From positions 2,592,001 through 2,656,000 of the forward strand of contig CBDETK010000013.1 in assembly GCA_965242865.1 (NCBI GenBank): a DNA stretch of 64,000 bases, read 5' to 3'. Shown one piece after another: positions 48,553 to 59,050 of this stretch; within the stretch, counting starts at the first letter, position 1, and each line of letters opens with the position of its first letter. A program made the translations under genes and the position numbers. The notes beneath the pieces were generated by a model that ran no database searches, was not told the origin of the DNA, and was given only the letters and a program-made list of their open reading frames with translations. This DNA is from Candidatus Latescibacterota bacterium (lineage in GTDB: Bacteria > Latescibacterota > UBA2968 > UBA8231).

Positions 48553-50103
48553 TTATAGAATCAGCAGCATCTTGCGGATGGCCTGCCGACCGTCGGCGTA
48601 TAGCCGCGCAATATACACCCCACTGCTGACGACTTGGCCGTGAGCATCGCGCCCATCCCAAGCCGTCTGATAGGTTCCCGCCGGCCGCATGCCTTCTACC
48701 AAGGTGGCTACCAACTGGCCGTGGGTGTTGAACACTTGCAGCGACACCGCCGATAGCTGCTGGAGAGTAAAGCCGATGTGCGTGGCGTGATTGAAGGGGT
48801 TGGGATAATTCTGCGCGAGATGGAACGAGCGCGGCGCACCGGACATGGACGAGGATGCAATCGCCGTAGGCAGATCGGGACGATGCCACCGGTACAGGCC
48901 CTCGTATGAGGGAATCCACAGATCCCCCCGACTGTCGAAAACCGGGGCACGAGCGACTAGGAACTCCTCCCAAGAGAACCCGGTCCAAGTGGTCCCCTCC
49001 AACATGCCAAAGTAGCCCCCTACCACGATCCACAGTCGACCCGCGGCGTCTTCCGTCATCTCAAAAACATTCCAGAATAAAGCATTCCAGAATATCCCGG
49101 CCTTATGGTAGTACTTCCAAGTCGAACCGTCCTTGACACACAATATCCAACAATCCAACCAGACGCGACCTTGGCTGTCCGGGAAGATCATCTGGACGTG
49201 GGATCGATACTTCGGATCAAAATCGAACGGAGCGGACGGGTCTTTGGAGCGATATGATGTCCACTGCGTCCCATTGAACGTGAGCGGGCGGTTCCATCGC
49301 CTTTCCGTGCCCCTCTCTGAGTCTAGGACTTTCCAAAACTCAAGAAGTGCCCAGAGTGTGCCGGATCGATCCACCGCAATGTTGACAACGTGGACGTCAT
49401 CGAAGCGCGCCTCGCTTTCGATGATGCCCATATCGGCGTGGGCGTAGGTCCACCAAGCCTGCCCGTCAAAACGCGCCAGAAGGAAGTCTGTGCCGCCGGT
49501 ACACCATACATCCCCATTCGGTGCTATCGCGATCGCGCGGCCCCCTCTCTCTTCAAATCGGTAGCGGGTCCAGCGCTGGTCACCGAAGCGGGAAAGCCCA
49601 TTCAAACTCCCCGCCCACACCTGACCTTGACCGTCCACGGCGACCGAGTGGATATGGTCGTCCGCCAAGCCATCCGCTTGGGTGAAGGTCGTCCACTGCT
49701 GGCCATCGAACCGGCTCAAACCCGCTGAAGTCCCCACCCACACATTGCCCGACGAGGCCGCCGCCAAGGCCGAAATTTTTCCATTCGCATAGCTGATCGT
49801 CGGTTGTCCACCCGCGCTGTCCTGGACGACGACCTCCACCGCCGTCAGTCGTGTACCCGTGCCCGTGCCGATCACGGCCGAGACCGGGGCCTCCATCGGG
49901 ATGGGTAGCCCCCCATCTACCACCATTGGCGTACTAAGCAGTCGCTGCTGCGAGCCATTCGGCGTATATAGGGTCACCTGCCGCGTTTCTTGCCCCGAAA
50001 GCCCAAGAGGCAATAGCAGTAATAGCAACAGATAGCCGCTCGCCGGACCAGCGAGCTTGGGACGCAATCGAATAGGAGATGAGGAAGGGCGTACACCGAG
50101 CAT
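48553..50103 (-). CDS. Secreted beta-propeller (two-component regulator propeller-like) protein with FlgD-Ig tail, paralog A
   Basis: RBS GGAGG; repeats VWVGT..GLSRFDG..W; tail QNYPNPFN...WDGRD..G..VSSGVY. Confidence 0.8.
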   Translation of the reverse strand: MLGVRPSSSPIRLRPKLAGPASGYLLLLLLLPLGLSGQETRQVTLYTPNGSQQRLLSTPMVVDGGLPIPMEAPVSAVIGTGTGTRLTAVEVVVQDSAGGQPTISYANGKISALAAASSGNVWVGTSAGLSRFDGQQWTTFTQADGLADDHIHSVAVDGQGQVWAGSLNGLSRFGDQRWTRYRFEERGGRAIAIAPNGDVWCTGGTDFLLARFDGQAWWTYAHADMGIIESEARFDDVHVVNIAVDRSGTLWALLEFWKVLDSERGTERRWNRPLTFNGTQWTSYRSKDPSAPFDFDPKYRSHVQMIFPDSQGRVWLDCWILCVKDGSTWKYYHKAGIFWNALFWNVFEMTEDAAGRLWIVVGGYFGMLEGTTWTGFSWEEFLVARAPVFDSRGDLWIPSYEGLYRWHRPDLPTAIASSSMSGAPRSFHLAQNYPNPFNHATHIGFTLQQLSAVSLQVFNTHGQLVATLVEGMRPAGTYQTAWDGRDAHGQVVSSGVYIARLYADGRQAIRKMLLIL

Positions 50104-50193
50104 AACACGACCTCCATCAAAGGGGGGATGGAAGACATACGTTTGTCTAAACATGCAATAAAATATAACGAATGATCGGCTCGGAGTACACTT

Positions 50194-51639
50194 TCACCTG
50201 AACTCAGTGGTCCCCTTCATCGGTCTCGATCTAGACGGGACAACCGCTCCCAATCCTCTCGGAGTCTGCAACCGTTCCGGTGCTAGGATGCGACCCGGCG
50301 TCACCGTCGCCCATACCGGACCGCTCGCCCCTACATCGTTGACCGCCCGCACCGCAATGGAGTAGGACTGCCCAGGGCTCAACCCGCCCACCGCAAAGGA
50401 AGACACCGCCCCCGGAGCCAATCCCGCCAACGTCGTCGCATCCACGCCTGCGGATGTCCACCCCAAAAGCTGGGCCACCCCTTCGTAGAGTTGGTACTCA
50501 TAGCCGGTCAGTGCCGAGGGGTTGGACATGGGCTTGAACACCGACACGTTCACCCGACCCGCCGCCGAATACACCGACACCTCCGGCGCATCTGGCGCCC
50601 CGGTTTGCACTGGCGCATCCGCATCGCGTTGGGGGTGCTTGCCGGCACCGAGTATGGTGCGCACATGATTAACCACACCTCGCAACACCCAGCCCATAAT
50701 GTCCTTATAGTAGTTGACCACAGCCCATACTACCCGGCCTACATACTCCGCATGCGTGGCGTAGCGAGACCGATCGGGCTCGGCCATCACCGGCCCCGGA
50801 CCGCTTTCGTCCACCTTCACTACTCTCACGGCCACCGGGTAATTGGTAGAGAGTGCTGGCAAGCCGTGGTCGGAGGCCACCACGGTCACCTGATAGTCGG
50901 TGTCGGTGGGAGGGATCCCGGACCGACGTTCGTAGTCTGGCACGAACCGGAACAAAAGGTCCATCGTATTGCGTTCCATGTCGGTGGTGAACGTGAAAGC
51001 CCCTGCATCCCGACCCGCCAGCGACCACGTAATCGGGTCGCCTTCTGCGTCTCGCACCGAGTAGGTGGCCACTATTTCTGGGCCGTTTTCCGCAAAGGAG
51101 ACGCTTTCGAGGCCCGCGATGACCGGCGCGGTGTTGAGCGTCACCACCGCCCTGTTCGAGGCCGGACCCCACCCCGCGGCGTTGTGTGCCCGCACCTCAA
51201 AGGTATAGGTGGCCCCGTTCGTTAAGCCCATCACTCTGTACTCAGCGACGCTGGCGACGGACATATCCTGCCAGTCCTCTGAATCCGGTCGATATTGCCA
51301 AGCGTCGAGGGTGGGATTGTGCGGATGGTCCCAGCGCAACGTGGCCGCGCCATCGCCGGCTTCCGCGACCAAGTTCGTCGGGGCCAAGGGGCGAAAAACT
51401 AGCGGCTGGTTGTTGGCGGTCTCGTAGTCCGTGGCGGCGGATGGCAACGTCCCGCTCAAGCCGAGCAGAACCGTCAGGGTCCCCATCACCGGCCAGTCGC
51501 TAGTACGTGGATAAATTTTTGTTGATCGGCTTGGCCGAAAATTGTCAGAAATACGGTCCGCCAAGACGCGGACCTCGTCGTCGCTGGGCAGGTGCTCTGG
51601 GGCAAAGGCGGAGAAGGATTCGTAGCGCGGCAATTCCAT
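50194..51639 (-). CDS. Fibronectin III + cadherin-like domain protein, possibly a mosaic or degraded gene
   Basis: Fn3 (GLTNGATYTFEVRAHN), cadherin-like (AEN..DAEGD.ITWSL.G.DA), second Fn3; no clear signal peptide at the called start. Confidence 0.6.
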   Translation of the reverse strand: MELPRYESFSAFAPEHLPSDDEVRVLADRISDNFRPSRSTKIYPRTSDWPVMGTLTVLLGLSGTLPSAATDYETANNQPLVFRPLAPTNLVAEAGDGAATLRWDHPHNPTLDAWQYRPDSEDWQDMSVASVAEYRVMGLTNGATYTFEVRAHNAAGWGPASNRAVVTLNTAPVIAGLESVSFAENGPEIVATYSVRDAEGDPITWSLAGRDAGAFTFTTDMERNTMDLLFRFVPDYERRSGIPPTDTDYQVTVVASDHGLPALSTNYPVAVRVVKVDESGPGPVMAEPDRSRYATHAEYVGRVVWAVVNYYKDIMGWVLRGVVNHVRTILGAGKHPQRDADAPVQTGAPDAPEVSVYSAAGRVNVSVFKPMSNPSALTGYEYQLYEGVAQLLGWTSAGVDATTLAGLAPGAVSSFAVGGLSPGQSYSIAVRAVNDVGASGPVWATVTPGRILAPERLQTPRGLGAVVPSRSRPMKGTTEFR

Positions 51640-51758
51640 GCTGTCATCGGCTTTGGTGAAGGCTGATTCCGGGTGCTTGGCCGGCGGCGCACACGATCCG
51701 CGCCGCCGGCCCTAGCCGTTGTCAAGAGCCGTTTCGTCGGCTGACAAGCGGTTTTTTT

Positions 51759-51792
51759 GCGGACCGACCCTTGAGGTTGCGGGTCGGTCCGC
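51759..51792. other. Perfect 12-bp GC-rich hairpin just after the giant gene
   Basis: GCGGACCGACCC-10 nt-GGGTCGGTCCGC; followed by A7 rather than U on the minus transcript, so not a canonical terminator. Confidence 0.55.
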
Positions 51793-51797
51793 TTGGT

Positions 51798-54700
51798 TCA
51801 AGCACCCCGTTGACGGACGGTTAGTTGCAGCGAGTAGGTGTCGGTGTCGCCATCAGTGTCGCGCACGGTCCACGTAATCCCACACTGTCCTGTCGAGCGC
51901 GGCGACCCGCTGACTGAAGAGGATGTAGCCGTTAGGCCAGCGCAGCTACCGCTGACTGAGTACCTCAAGGGCGCGTTGCCACTCCGGGCCGAGGGACGGG
52001 TGAAACTGAAGTACTGTCCCACGATCGCCGATCTGGAAGTGCCCGATGAGGCAAACGTAGGCGACGTGTCAGCGGCGACCGAGATTTGCAGCGAGTAGGT
52101 ATCCGTGTCGCCATCAGTATCCCGCACCGTCCAGCTAATCCCACATCGGCCTGCCGAGCGCGGCGAACCACTAACCGACGAGGATGTAACCGTTAGGCCA
52201 GCGCAACTGCCGCTAACCGAGTAGCGCAGAGGCGAGTTGCCGCCGCTGGCTGAGGGACGACTAAAACTGAAATACTGGCCCGCAATCGCCGACCTAGACG
52301 TCCCCGACGAGGCAAACGTAGGCGACGTGTCGGCGGCCACCGAAATCTGCAACGAGTACGTGTCGGTGTCGCCATCGGTATCCTGCGCTGTCCAAGTAAT
52401 CCCACACTGTCCAGCCGAACTCGGCGACCCACTCACCGCAGAGGTCGTCACCGTTAAGCCAGCGCAGGTGCCCCTGACTGAGTACGTCAAAGGCGTGTTA
52501 CCACCGCTGGCCGATGGACGACTAAAGCTGAAAGACTGACCCGCAATCGCAGCCCTTGCCGCACTCGACGCGGCGAATGAAGGCTCGGTGTCAGCGGCGA
52601 CCGTGATTTGCAGCGAGTACGTGTCGGTGTCGCCATCGGTGTCCTGCGCTGTCCAAGTAATCGCATACTCTCCTGCCGTACTTGGCGACCCACTGACCGC
52701 AGAGGCCGTCACCGTTAGGCCGGGACAGGTCCCGCGGACTGAGTAGCTCACGGGTGCGTTACCACCGCTGGCCGACGGACGAGTGAAACTGAAAGACTGG
52801 CCAACTATTGCGCCCTCTGAGGTCCCCGACGCGGCGAAAGAAGGCTCGGTATCGGCGGCGACCGTGATTTGCAGCGAGTACGTGTCGGTGTCGCCATCGG
52901 TATCCTGCGCTGTCCAGCTAATCCCACACTGTCCTGCCGTACTTGGCGACCCACTCACCGCAGAGGTCGTCACCGTTAAGCCAGCACAGGTGCCCCTGAC
53001 TGAGTACGTCAAAGGCGCGTTGCCGCCGCTGGCCGACGGACGAGTGAAACTGAAAGACTGACCCACGATCGCAGCCCTTGCCGCACTCGACGAGGCGAAT
53101 GAAGGTTCGGTGTCGGCCGCCACCGTGACTTGCAGCGAGTAGGTATCCGTATCGCCATCGGTGTCCTGCGCTGTCCAAGTAATCGCATACTCTCCTGCCG
53201 TACTTGGCGACCCACTGACCGCAGAGGACGTCACCGTTAGGCCGGGACAGGTCCCGCGGACTGAGTAGCTCACGGGTGCGTTACCACCGCTGGCCGACGG
53301 ACGACTAAAGCTGAAAGACTGGCCAACTATTGCGCCCTTTGAGGTCCCTGACGAGGCAAACGCAGGCTCGGTATCGGCAGCAACGGAGATTTGCAGCGAG
53401 TAGGTGTCGGTGTCGCCATCGGTGTCCTGCGCTGTCCAAGTAATCGCATACTCTCCTGCCGTACTTGGCGACCCACTGACCGCAGAGGCCGTCACCGTTA
53501 GGCCGGGACAAGTCCCGCGGACTGAGTAGCTCACGGGTGCGTTACCACCGCTGGCCGACGGACGAGTGAAACTGAAAGACTGGCCAACTATTGCGCCCTC
53601 TGAGGTCCCCGACGCGGCGAATGAAGGCTCGGTATCGGCGGCGACCGTGATTTGCAGCGAGTAGGTGTCGGTGTCGCCATCGGTGTCCTGCGCTGTCCAA
53701 GTAATCGCATACTCTCCTGCCGTACTTGGCGACCCACTGACCGCAGAGGACGTCACCGTTAGGCCGGGACAGGTCCCGCGGACTGAGTAGCTCACGGGTG
53801 CGTTACCACCGCTGGCCGACGGACGACTAAAGCTGAAAGACTGGCCAACTATTGCGCCCTCTGAGGTCCCTGACGAGGCAAACGCAGGCTCGGTGTCAGC
53901 GGCGACCGTGATTTGCAGCGAGTACGTGTCCGTGTCGCCATCGGTGTCGCGCACCGTCCAAGTAATCCCACACTGTCCAGCCGTACTCGGCGACCCACTG
54001 ACCGCAGAGGACGTAACCACCAAGCCGGGACAGGTACCGCGGACCGAGTAACTCACGGGCGCGTTGCCGCCGCTGGCCGACGGACGAGTGAAACTGAAAG
54101 ACTGACCCGCAATCGCAGCCCTTGCCGCACTCGACGAGGCGAATGAAGGCTCGGTGTCAGCGGCGACCGTGACTTGCAGCGAGTACGTGTCCGTATCGCC
54201 ATCGGTGTCGCGCACCGTCCAAGTAATCCCGCATTGTCCAGCCGTACTCGGCGAACCGCTGACCGCAGAGGTCGTAACCACCAAGCCGGGACAGGTACCG
54301 CGGACCGAGTAGCCCAAAGGGGCGTTGCCCCCGCTGGCCGACGGACGGGGAAAACTGAAAGGCTGTCCCGCGATCAACGATCTGGAAGCACCTGACGAGG
54401 CAAACGCAGGCTCGGTGTCGGCGACAACAGAAATTTGCAGCGAGTACGTGTCCGTATCGCCATCGGAGTCTGTAACCGTCCAAGTAATCCCACATTGGCC
54501 GATTAAACTCGGCGACCCACTCACCGACGAGGCGGTCACCCTTAGGCCAGAGCAGGCACCGCGGACCGAGTAGCGCAAAGGAGCGTTGCCCCCGCTGGCC
54601 GACGGACGGGGAAAACTAAAATACTGGCCTATGACCGCGGACCGGGAAGCACTCGACGAGGCAAACGCAGGCATGATATCCGCATCGTTGTCGAGCAGCG

Positions 54701-57700
54701 TCACCGTCGCCTGTCGCGTCGTACCGGCGGCCACTCCCGAAAGCAGACGCCCAAACGACAGCGTCACCGTCTCGTCGGCAATATCGGTGTCCTCGTTGGC
54801 CGTCAGCGTAAACGACTGCGACGACGTGCCAGCGGCAAACGACACCCACACCGTGCCATCCGTCAGCCCCGCCACCGCGTAATCGCCCGCCTCAGTGCCC
54901 GCATCCGCCGACACCACCACCGGAATGTGCAATGTCTGCGCGGGTGCTGGCGACAGCGACACCGTGATGGACGCGCCAGTGCCCCCTTCGGTCGCTTGGT
55001 AGGACACGGCCCCAAACGACGCGGTCCCCGACCAAGCCTGCGGCGGTGCCTGCGGCATCGTCGAGTGCGAGGCCGACGCCCCCGCGCCAGTGCTATTGAC
55101 CGCCCGCACCGCAAACTCGTAGAGCACCCCATTGGTCAGTCCTGTAACCGTACTATCGCGGGCCGTGCTGCCGCCCAACACAGGGGACCAACCCGGCCAG
55201 CCATGCCCCGAATTAGCCACCCGCCATTGAACTTCATAGCGGGTCACTGGCGAGCCATTGGCCGAAGCCGCATCCCATCCCAAGACCACCCGACCATCCC
55301 CCGGCGAGGGCACAAAGTTCGGAGGCGCACCCGGCACCCCGGCGCGCACTGGCGCGGTCTCCATGCTCGTCGCGGTATTGCCCCCGCCGAGGGCGTCGCG
55401 ATAGGATTTGAGCAGTGCTCGCAACGCCCAGCCCACCTGAGCGACCAGCGGCGTGTAGCTCACAGACGCCTCGTCCGACGCCGCGCTCGAAAGAAGCTGC
55501 CACGCCGTCGTACCCGGTTGCTGTCCCTGCCATTGCCAGTCTAGGTGGGTCACACCCCCATCCGGATCGGTCAGTTCCGCGGTCAACGGCACCCCTACCT
55601 GCGGCGAGGACGTACTCAGCGACACTACGCCGGGATCATTCGCATTCGTCACCGTCACCGTCACCGGATAGTTGGTAGCGAGTACCGGCGTACCATTGTC
55701 AGTAGCCACCACGGTCACTTGGTAGATATTGTTTGTGCCGCGGTCTGTCGGAGGCGATTGGTCCGGTGGGTGCGCTCGATCCGTCGGCCCTTCAAAATCT
55801 GGCCTCGTCCGAAAGGTCAACTCGCCGTTCGTACTCAGGTTGAAATCAGCCGAATCCGTACCCGTCAGCGACCACGTAATCGCATGGCTTTCCGCGTCGG
55901 TAGCCATGTACATGGCCACCGTCCCCGTGCCGTTCTCGCCAAAAGAGGGGTGTTCATCGCCCGTGATCACCGGCGCGGAGTTGAGTGTCACCCCAGCACT
56001 GTTCGAGGCTGGCCCCCATCCTGCGACGTTGTGCGCCCGAACCGCAAAGGTATAAGTGGTCCCGTTGGTCAGGTCCATCACCGTATATTCGTCGGTGTCC
56101 GCGTCGCTGTCGGACATAGCCTGCCAGTCCCCCCCATTCTGTTGGTATTGCCAACCATCGATGGTGGAGTCGTCCGGATCATCCCAGCTCAACGTGGCCG
56201 CATCATCGCCGGCGATCACGGTCAGGTTCTCCGGTGCCGAGGGACGAAAAGTGATGTCCACCGTCAGCCTATCGTTGGGGTCGGAGCGGGTGATGTCGGT
56301 GATTGCTAACCCCACATCGCCGGGGTCGGGCTGCCGACCCCCTCCACGCGTCGCCCTCAGAGTCATCTGGCGCAGACCCATCCCAGCTATCTGGGTATCA
56401 ACCGCATTAACCGCCGGCTGTATAAGCCTGACGTCGTCCCCCACCCGCACGGTGTCCGCCGCCACTGGAAACGGATCGTAGAGCATGTCTTGGTATTCAT
56501 GGATGGCTGGGCTATAACCTCGGTCGCGGGCGTTCATGAACCGCCGCCCGTCGGCCGTGATCAGTATCGGACGCTCGATAAGGAAATTGGGATTGAAACG
56601 GCGGCGCCAGATAAATAGACCTGGGTCTCTATCCTCGTATTCGTAATACGACACGTAGCGGCCAAACGAGCGGCCATTACTCCCGTCGTGAGTGCGCCGT
56701 TCCAGCAGGTACTCAACCTGACCCCGGTTGGTTGAACGGATAATCCGATGTACCGTCCCCGGCTCAATGACGTAATCGTCCTGATTATCAGTGATGTCTG
56801 TGGGAGTCAACCAGCCTAGGTCCCACCGATAAAAGGGGTTGATCGGGTTGGGGCAGGAGCGGTAAGCCCTGTAATAGAGTTGCATCGGCCTGCTGCTGTC
56901 TGTCTCTTGCGGCCCGGCCCCCGACCCTTGCATCAACCCCCAATCCATCAGGTTGGCCGTATTATCAGTGGTATCAGCAGCGGCTGATGTGTACGGATTG
57001 GGGCCTCTCCACTGGCCGCCAGGGTGGTTGAGACCCAGCAGGTGGCCGATTTCGTGGGCGTGGATGAAAATCCCGGCGAACTCGTCAATGTCATGGTCGT
57101 TGGTACCCCAACCTTGGCGCTCGCCCATGACATAGCGGTAGCCTACTTGAGTAGGCATGCCTGCCCTATCGGTCCTTGTAACCTCATCCACTCGCGGATG
57201 CAGCAGACCTGTGGGATATCGGGCGGTATAGGTGGCCCCGGAATGCAGGTAAACTACCTTGCGGCGCAAGCGGTGAGCAGTGTCGTAAGAGTCATTGGGG
57301 AGGTCATTGATGGTGTATCCTGCTACCGACTCCCCGCAGTTACGAGAACCCGAAGTCCCGTTCCAGCAGTTCACCGAATCCCGCGCCGCCGCATACGCGT
57401 CGTCCCAGAACCAATTCCTAATGGCTCTGCTCCGGTCATTTGGCAGCGTTCCTAAAGAGTCTCTTCCAATCTCGGCATAATGGGCCTTGGTTTGCGGCAG
57501 TTCAACCCAGCGAGGGAATCCGTTGGCGGCCGGATTGATCATGCGCACGTGCAATTGGAACGCCCCATTGGACACCGAGTCGTAATACGCCCGCACACTG
57601 CCGAACACTTCCGGCAGCGTATGGCCATTGGCCACCGTGACCGTGTCGCCGACAAAAGGCAAATCCGCTAAGCGGCCATAGCCGCCGCTGAATAGCCGCT

Positions 57701-57971
57701 CAAAATCGCGCAGCGTGTAACTGGTATCGGGATCAGGATACGTCCCGTTGTCGTTGGAGCCGTGGGGCCGATCATGGAGGTGATAGTCGAAGTTTCCCAC
57801 GCGCGTTGTCGCATTCTGAAAGGTGACCAGCACCACGTCTAGCGTGCAGGGATATGTCGTGTCCGCACGAAGAGACGCCCGGCCCGTAATCGCCGAACCG
57901 CGAGCACCCACCACAGACGCACTGAGCGTCTGGATCAAGAGGATCGCTAGCAATGCATATCTGTAGTCCAT
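51798..57971 (-). CDS. Giant secreted M6-like zinc metalloprotease/adhesin (protease, Fn3, cadherin-like, Fn3, Calx-beta-like, 11 Ig-like repeats)
   Basis: Signal peptide; GSVRAYY..VS.G, HAHEIGHLLGL.H, WGLM, LGW; recognisable Fn3/cadherin motifs; RBS GGAGG. Confidence 0.8.
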   Translation of the reverse strand: MDYRYALLAILLIQTLSASVVGARGSAITGRASLRADTTYPCTLDVVLVTFQNATTRVGNFDYHLHDRPHGSNDNGTYPDPDTSYTLRDFERLFSGGYGRLADLPFVGDTVTVANGHTLPEVFGSVRAYYDSVSNGAFQLHVRMINPAANGFPRWVELPQTKAHYAEIGRDSLGTLPNDRSRAIRNWFWDDAYAAARDSVNCWNGTSGSRNCGESVAGYTINDLPNDSYDTAHRLRRKVVYLHSGATYTARYPTGLLHPRVDEVTRTDRAGMPTQVGYRYVMGERQGWGTNDHDIDEFAGIFIHAHEIGHLLGLNHPGGQWRGPNPYTSAAADTTDNTANLMDWGLMQGSGAGPQETDSSRPMQLYYRAYRSCPNPINPFYRWDLGWLTPTDITDNQDDYVIEPGTVHRIIRSTNRGQVEYLLERRTHDGSNGRSFGRYVSYYEYEDRDPGLFIWRRRFNPNFLIERPILITADGRRFMNARDRGYSPAIHEYQDMLYDPFPVAADTVRVGDDVRLIQPAVNAVDTQIAGMGLRQMTLRATRGGGRQPDPGDVGLAITDITRSDPNDRLTVDITFRPSAPENLTVIAGDDAATLSWDDPDDSTIDGWQYQQNGGDWQAMSDSDADTDEYTVMDLTNGTTYTFAVRAHNVAGWGPASNSAGVTLNSAPVITGDEHPSFGENGTGTVAMYMATDAESHAITWSLTGTDSADFNLSTNGELTFRTRPDFEGPTDRAHPPDQSPPTDRGTNNIYQVTVVATDNGTPVLATNYPVTVTVTNANDPGVVSLSTSSPQVGVPLTAELTDPDGGVTHLDWQWQGQQPGTTAWQLLSSAASDEASVSYTPLVAQVGWALRALLKSYRDALGGGNTATSMETAPVRAGVPGAPPNFVPSPGDGRVVLGWDAASANGSPVTRYEVQWRVANSGHGWPGWSPVLGGSTARDSTVTGLTNGVLYEFAVRAVNSTGAGASASHSTMPQAPPQAWSGTASFGAVSYQATEGGTGASITVSLSPAPAQTLHIPVVVSADAGTEAGDYAVAGLTDGTVWVSFAAGTSSQSFTLTANEDTDIADETVTLSFGRLLSGVAAGTTRQATVTLLDNDADIMPAFASSSASRSAVIGQYFSFPRPSASGGNAPLRYSVRGACSGLRVTASSVSGSPSLIGQCGITWTVTDSDGDTDTYSLQISVVADTEPAFASSGASRSLIAGQPFSFPRPSASGGNAPLGYSVRGTCPGLVVTTSAVSGSPSTAGQCGITWTVRDTDGDTDTYSLQVTVAADTEPSFASSSAARAAIAGQSFSFTRPSASGGNAPVSYSVRGTCPGLVVTSSAVSGSPSTAGQCGITWTVRDTDGDTDTYSLQITVAADTEPAFASSGTSEGAIVGQSFSFSRPSASGGNAPVSYSVRGTCPGLTVTSSAVSGSPSTAGEYAITWTAQDTDGDTDTYSLQITVAADTEPSFAASGTSEGAIVGQSFSFTRPSASGGNAPVSYSVRGTCPGLTVTASAVSGSPSTAGEYAITWTAQDTDGDTDTYSLQISVAADTEPAFASSGTSKGAIVGQSFSFSRPSASGGNAPVSYSVRGTCPGLTVTSSAVSGSPSTAGEYAITWTAQDTDGDTDTYSLQVTVAADTEPSFASSSAARAAIVGQSFSFTRPSASGGNAPLTYSVRGTCAGLTVTTSAVSGSPSTAGQCGISWTAQDTDGDTDTYSLQITVAADTEPSFAASGTSEGAIVGQSFSFTRPSASGGNAPVSYSVRGTCPGLTVTASAVSGSPSTAGEYAITWTAQDTDGDTDTYSLQITVAADTEPSFAASSAARAAIAGQSFSFSRPSASGGNTPLTYSVRGTCAGLTVTTSAVSGSPSSAGQCGITWTAQDTDGDTDTYSLQISVAADTSPTFASSGTSRSAIAGQYFSFSRPSASGGNSPLRYSVSGSCAGLTVTSSSVSGSPRSAGRCGISWTVRDTDGDTDTYSLQISVAADTSPTFASSGTSRSAIVGQYFSFTRPSARSGNAPLRYSVSGSCAGLTATSSSVSGSPRSTGQCGITWTVRDTDGDTDTYSLQLTVRQRGA
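51813..54683 (-). repeat. 11 tandem 261-nt (87-aa) intragenic repeats
   Basis: Unit ADTEP.FA.S...GQ.FSF.RPSASGGN.P..YSV.G.C.GL.VT...VSGSP...G....W...DTDGDTDTYSLQ counted in the translation. Confidence 0.95.
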
Positions 57972-58723
57972 CAGTCCACCTCCTCCTTGACCTGACCCCA
58001 AGACGACGACGGGATGTTCGTGCTCGTGGGCGTCAACAGGTCTTTATACTCCACCGTGCGACCCCCTAAGACCGCCCAGAAGGAGACTACGAAGTTTTCG
58101 AATACTGGGTAAGAGTCAGAGCCAGGGAAAATCGCCGATTCACATGAGACACAGCCGTAGTTCTTGTGAAACGCACAGCTCCCATTGCCTTGCTCAGTGT
58201 CGCGAAACTCGAACAGAGGGGCGAGCAAAGGATCGGGAGAACTCGGTCTCACCTTAATTATGTCCGTTCCACCGGGCTCGACCGTGTAGCCGGCGTCGTT
58301 AGCCCCATCAAAGCGAAACACAGACCGCTCGCCCTCGGCGGTGCGTTCCATCAGGTGCGTACCCTTCCAGCGCAGCTTCTTGCCAGCGATGAAATACGGG
58401 GGGGCTGGCGGCCAGTTGGCCGGCATATCGCTAAGCACGTAATACGTCTTGCCGTCGATGACCTCTGTGCCCTGCACCGTGATGGTGAACTTGGGAAGTT
58501 GGGTAGATTCATCGAGGGGCGAAAATCTATAGTACGCGGGATACCGCTGAATCTGATCATCCCACTGACTGTCTAGGTCATAGTAATCGTGGACATAGGT
58601 CCACGAGTTGCCCACGGCCAGCGGCAGATAGGCCGCCGCTGCGTCGTCCGTGGCGGTGGCTGGCAGTGCCCAACTCAGGCCGAGCAGCACTGCCAAAAGC
58701 AAGTGAATCTTCTTCATTGCCAT
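57971..58723 (-). CDS. Secreted hypothetical protein with C-terminal SSWGQVK motif
   Basis: RBS GGAGGAG; signal peptide MKKIHLLLAVLL..; YLPLAVGNSWTY; stop overlaps the giant gene ATG. Confidence 0.7.
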   Translation of the reverse strand: MAMKKIHLLLAVLLGLSWALPATATDDAAAAYLPLAVGNSWTYVHDYYDLDSQWDDQIQRYPAYYRFSPLDESTQLPKFTITVQGTEVIDGKTYYVLSDMPANWPPAPPYFIAGKKLRWKGTHLMERTAEGERSVFRFDGANDAGYTVEPGGTDIIKVRPSSPDPLLAPLFEFRDTEQGNGSCAFHKNYGCVSCESAIFPGSDSYPVFENFVVSFWAVLGGRTVEYKDLLTPTSTNIPSSSWGQVKEEVD

Positions 58724-58884
58724 GATGCGTCTCCTCCGTGCGAGATGAGAAATCCGTTCCGTCGGCGATAGGCCAGACAGAGACGGGAAGTGAATGATGA
58801 TTACCAATATACCTAGTGCGGCCTCCTTTTCCGCACCGGCTCCGACTATAATGCACATTTCGTGCCAACGAGCCGACCACGCAC

Positions 58885-59050
58885 AAAAAAAATCCTTCAG
58901 GAAGGCCCTAAAGGATTGAAAAAACAGGAGCTTAAAAAATGTAGAAGTTTTTCTACACTCCGTCGCTCAACCGTCGCTACTCGTCTTGTTAAATAATTTT
59001 TTGTTCCTATTGAACAACCTTCTATTCACTTAAACAACTTTTTGTTTATC
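58885..59050. promoter_or_regulatory. AT-rich control region with several palindromes
   Basis: TGTAGAA-4-TTCTACA (58940-58957), TTGTTC-5-GAACAA (59001-59017), TAAACAA-4-TTGTTTA (59031-59048). Confidence 0.5.

Noticed and set aside
51752-51792. Canonical Rho-independent terminator
   Set aside because: The T-run lies on the wrong side of the hairpin for either strand
51813-54683. Tandem array as CRISPR or ncRNA array
   Set aside because: 261-nt in-frame coding units with no spacers and no cas genes
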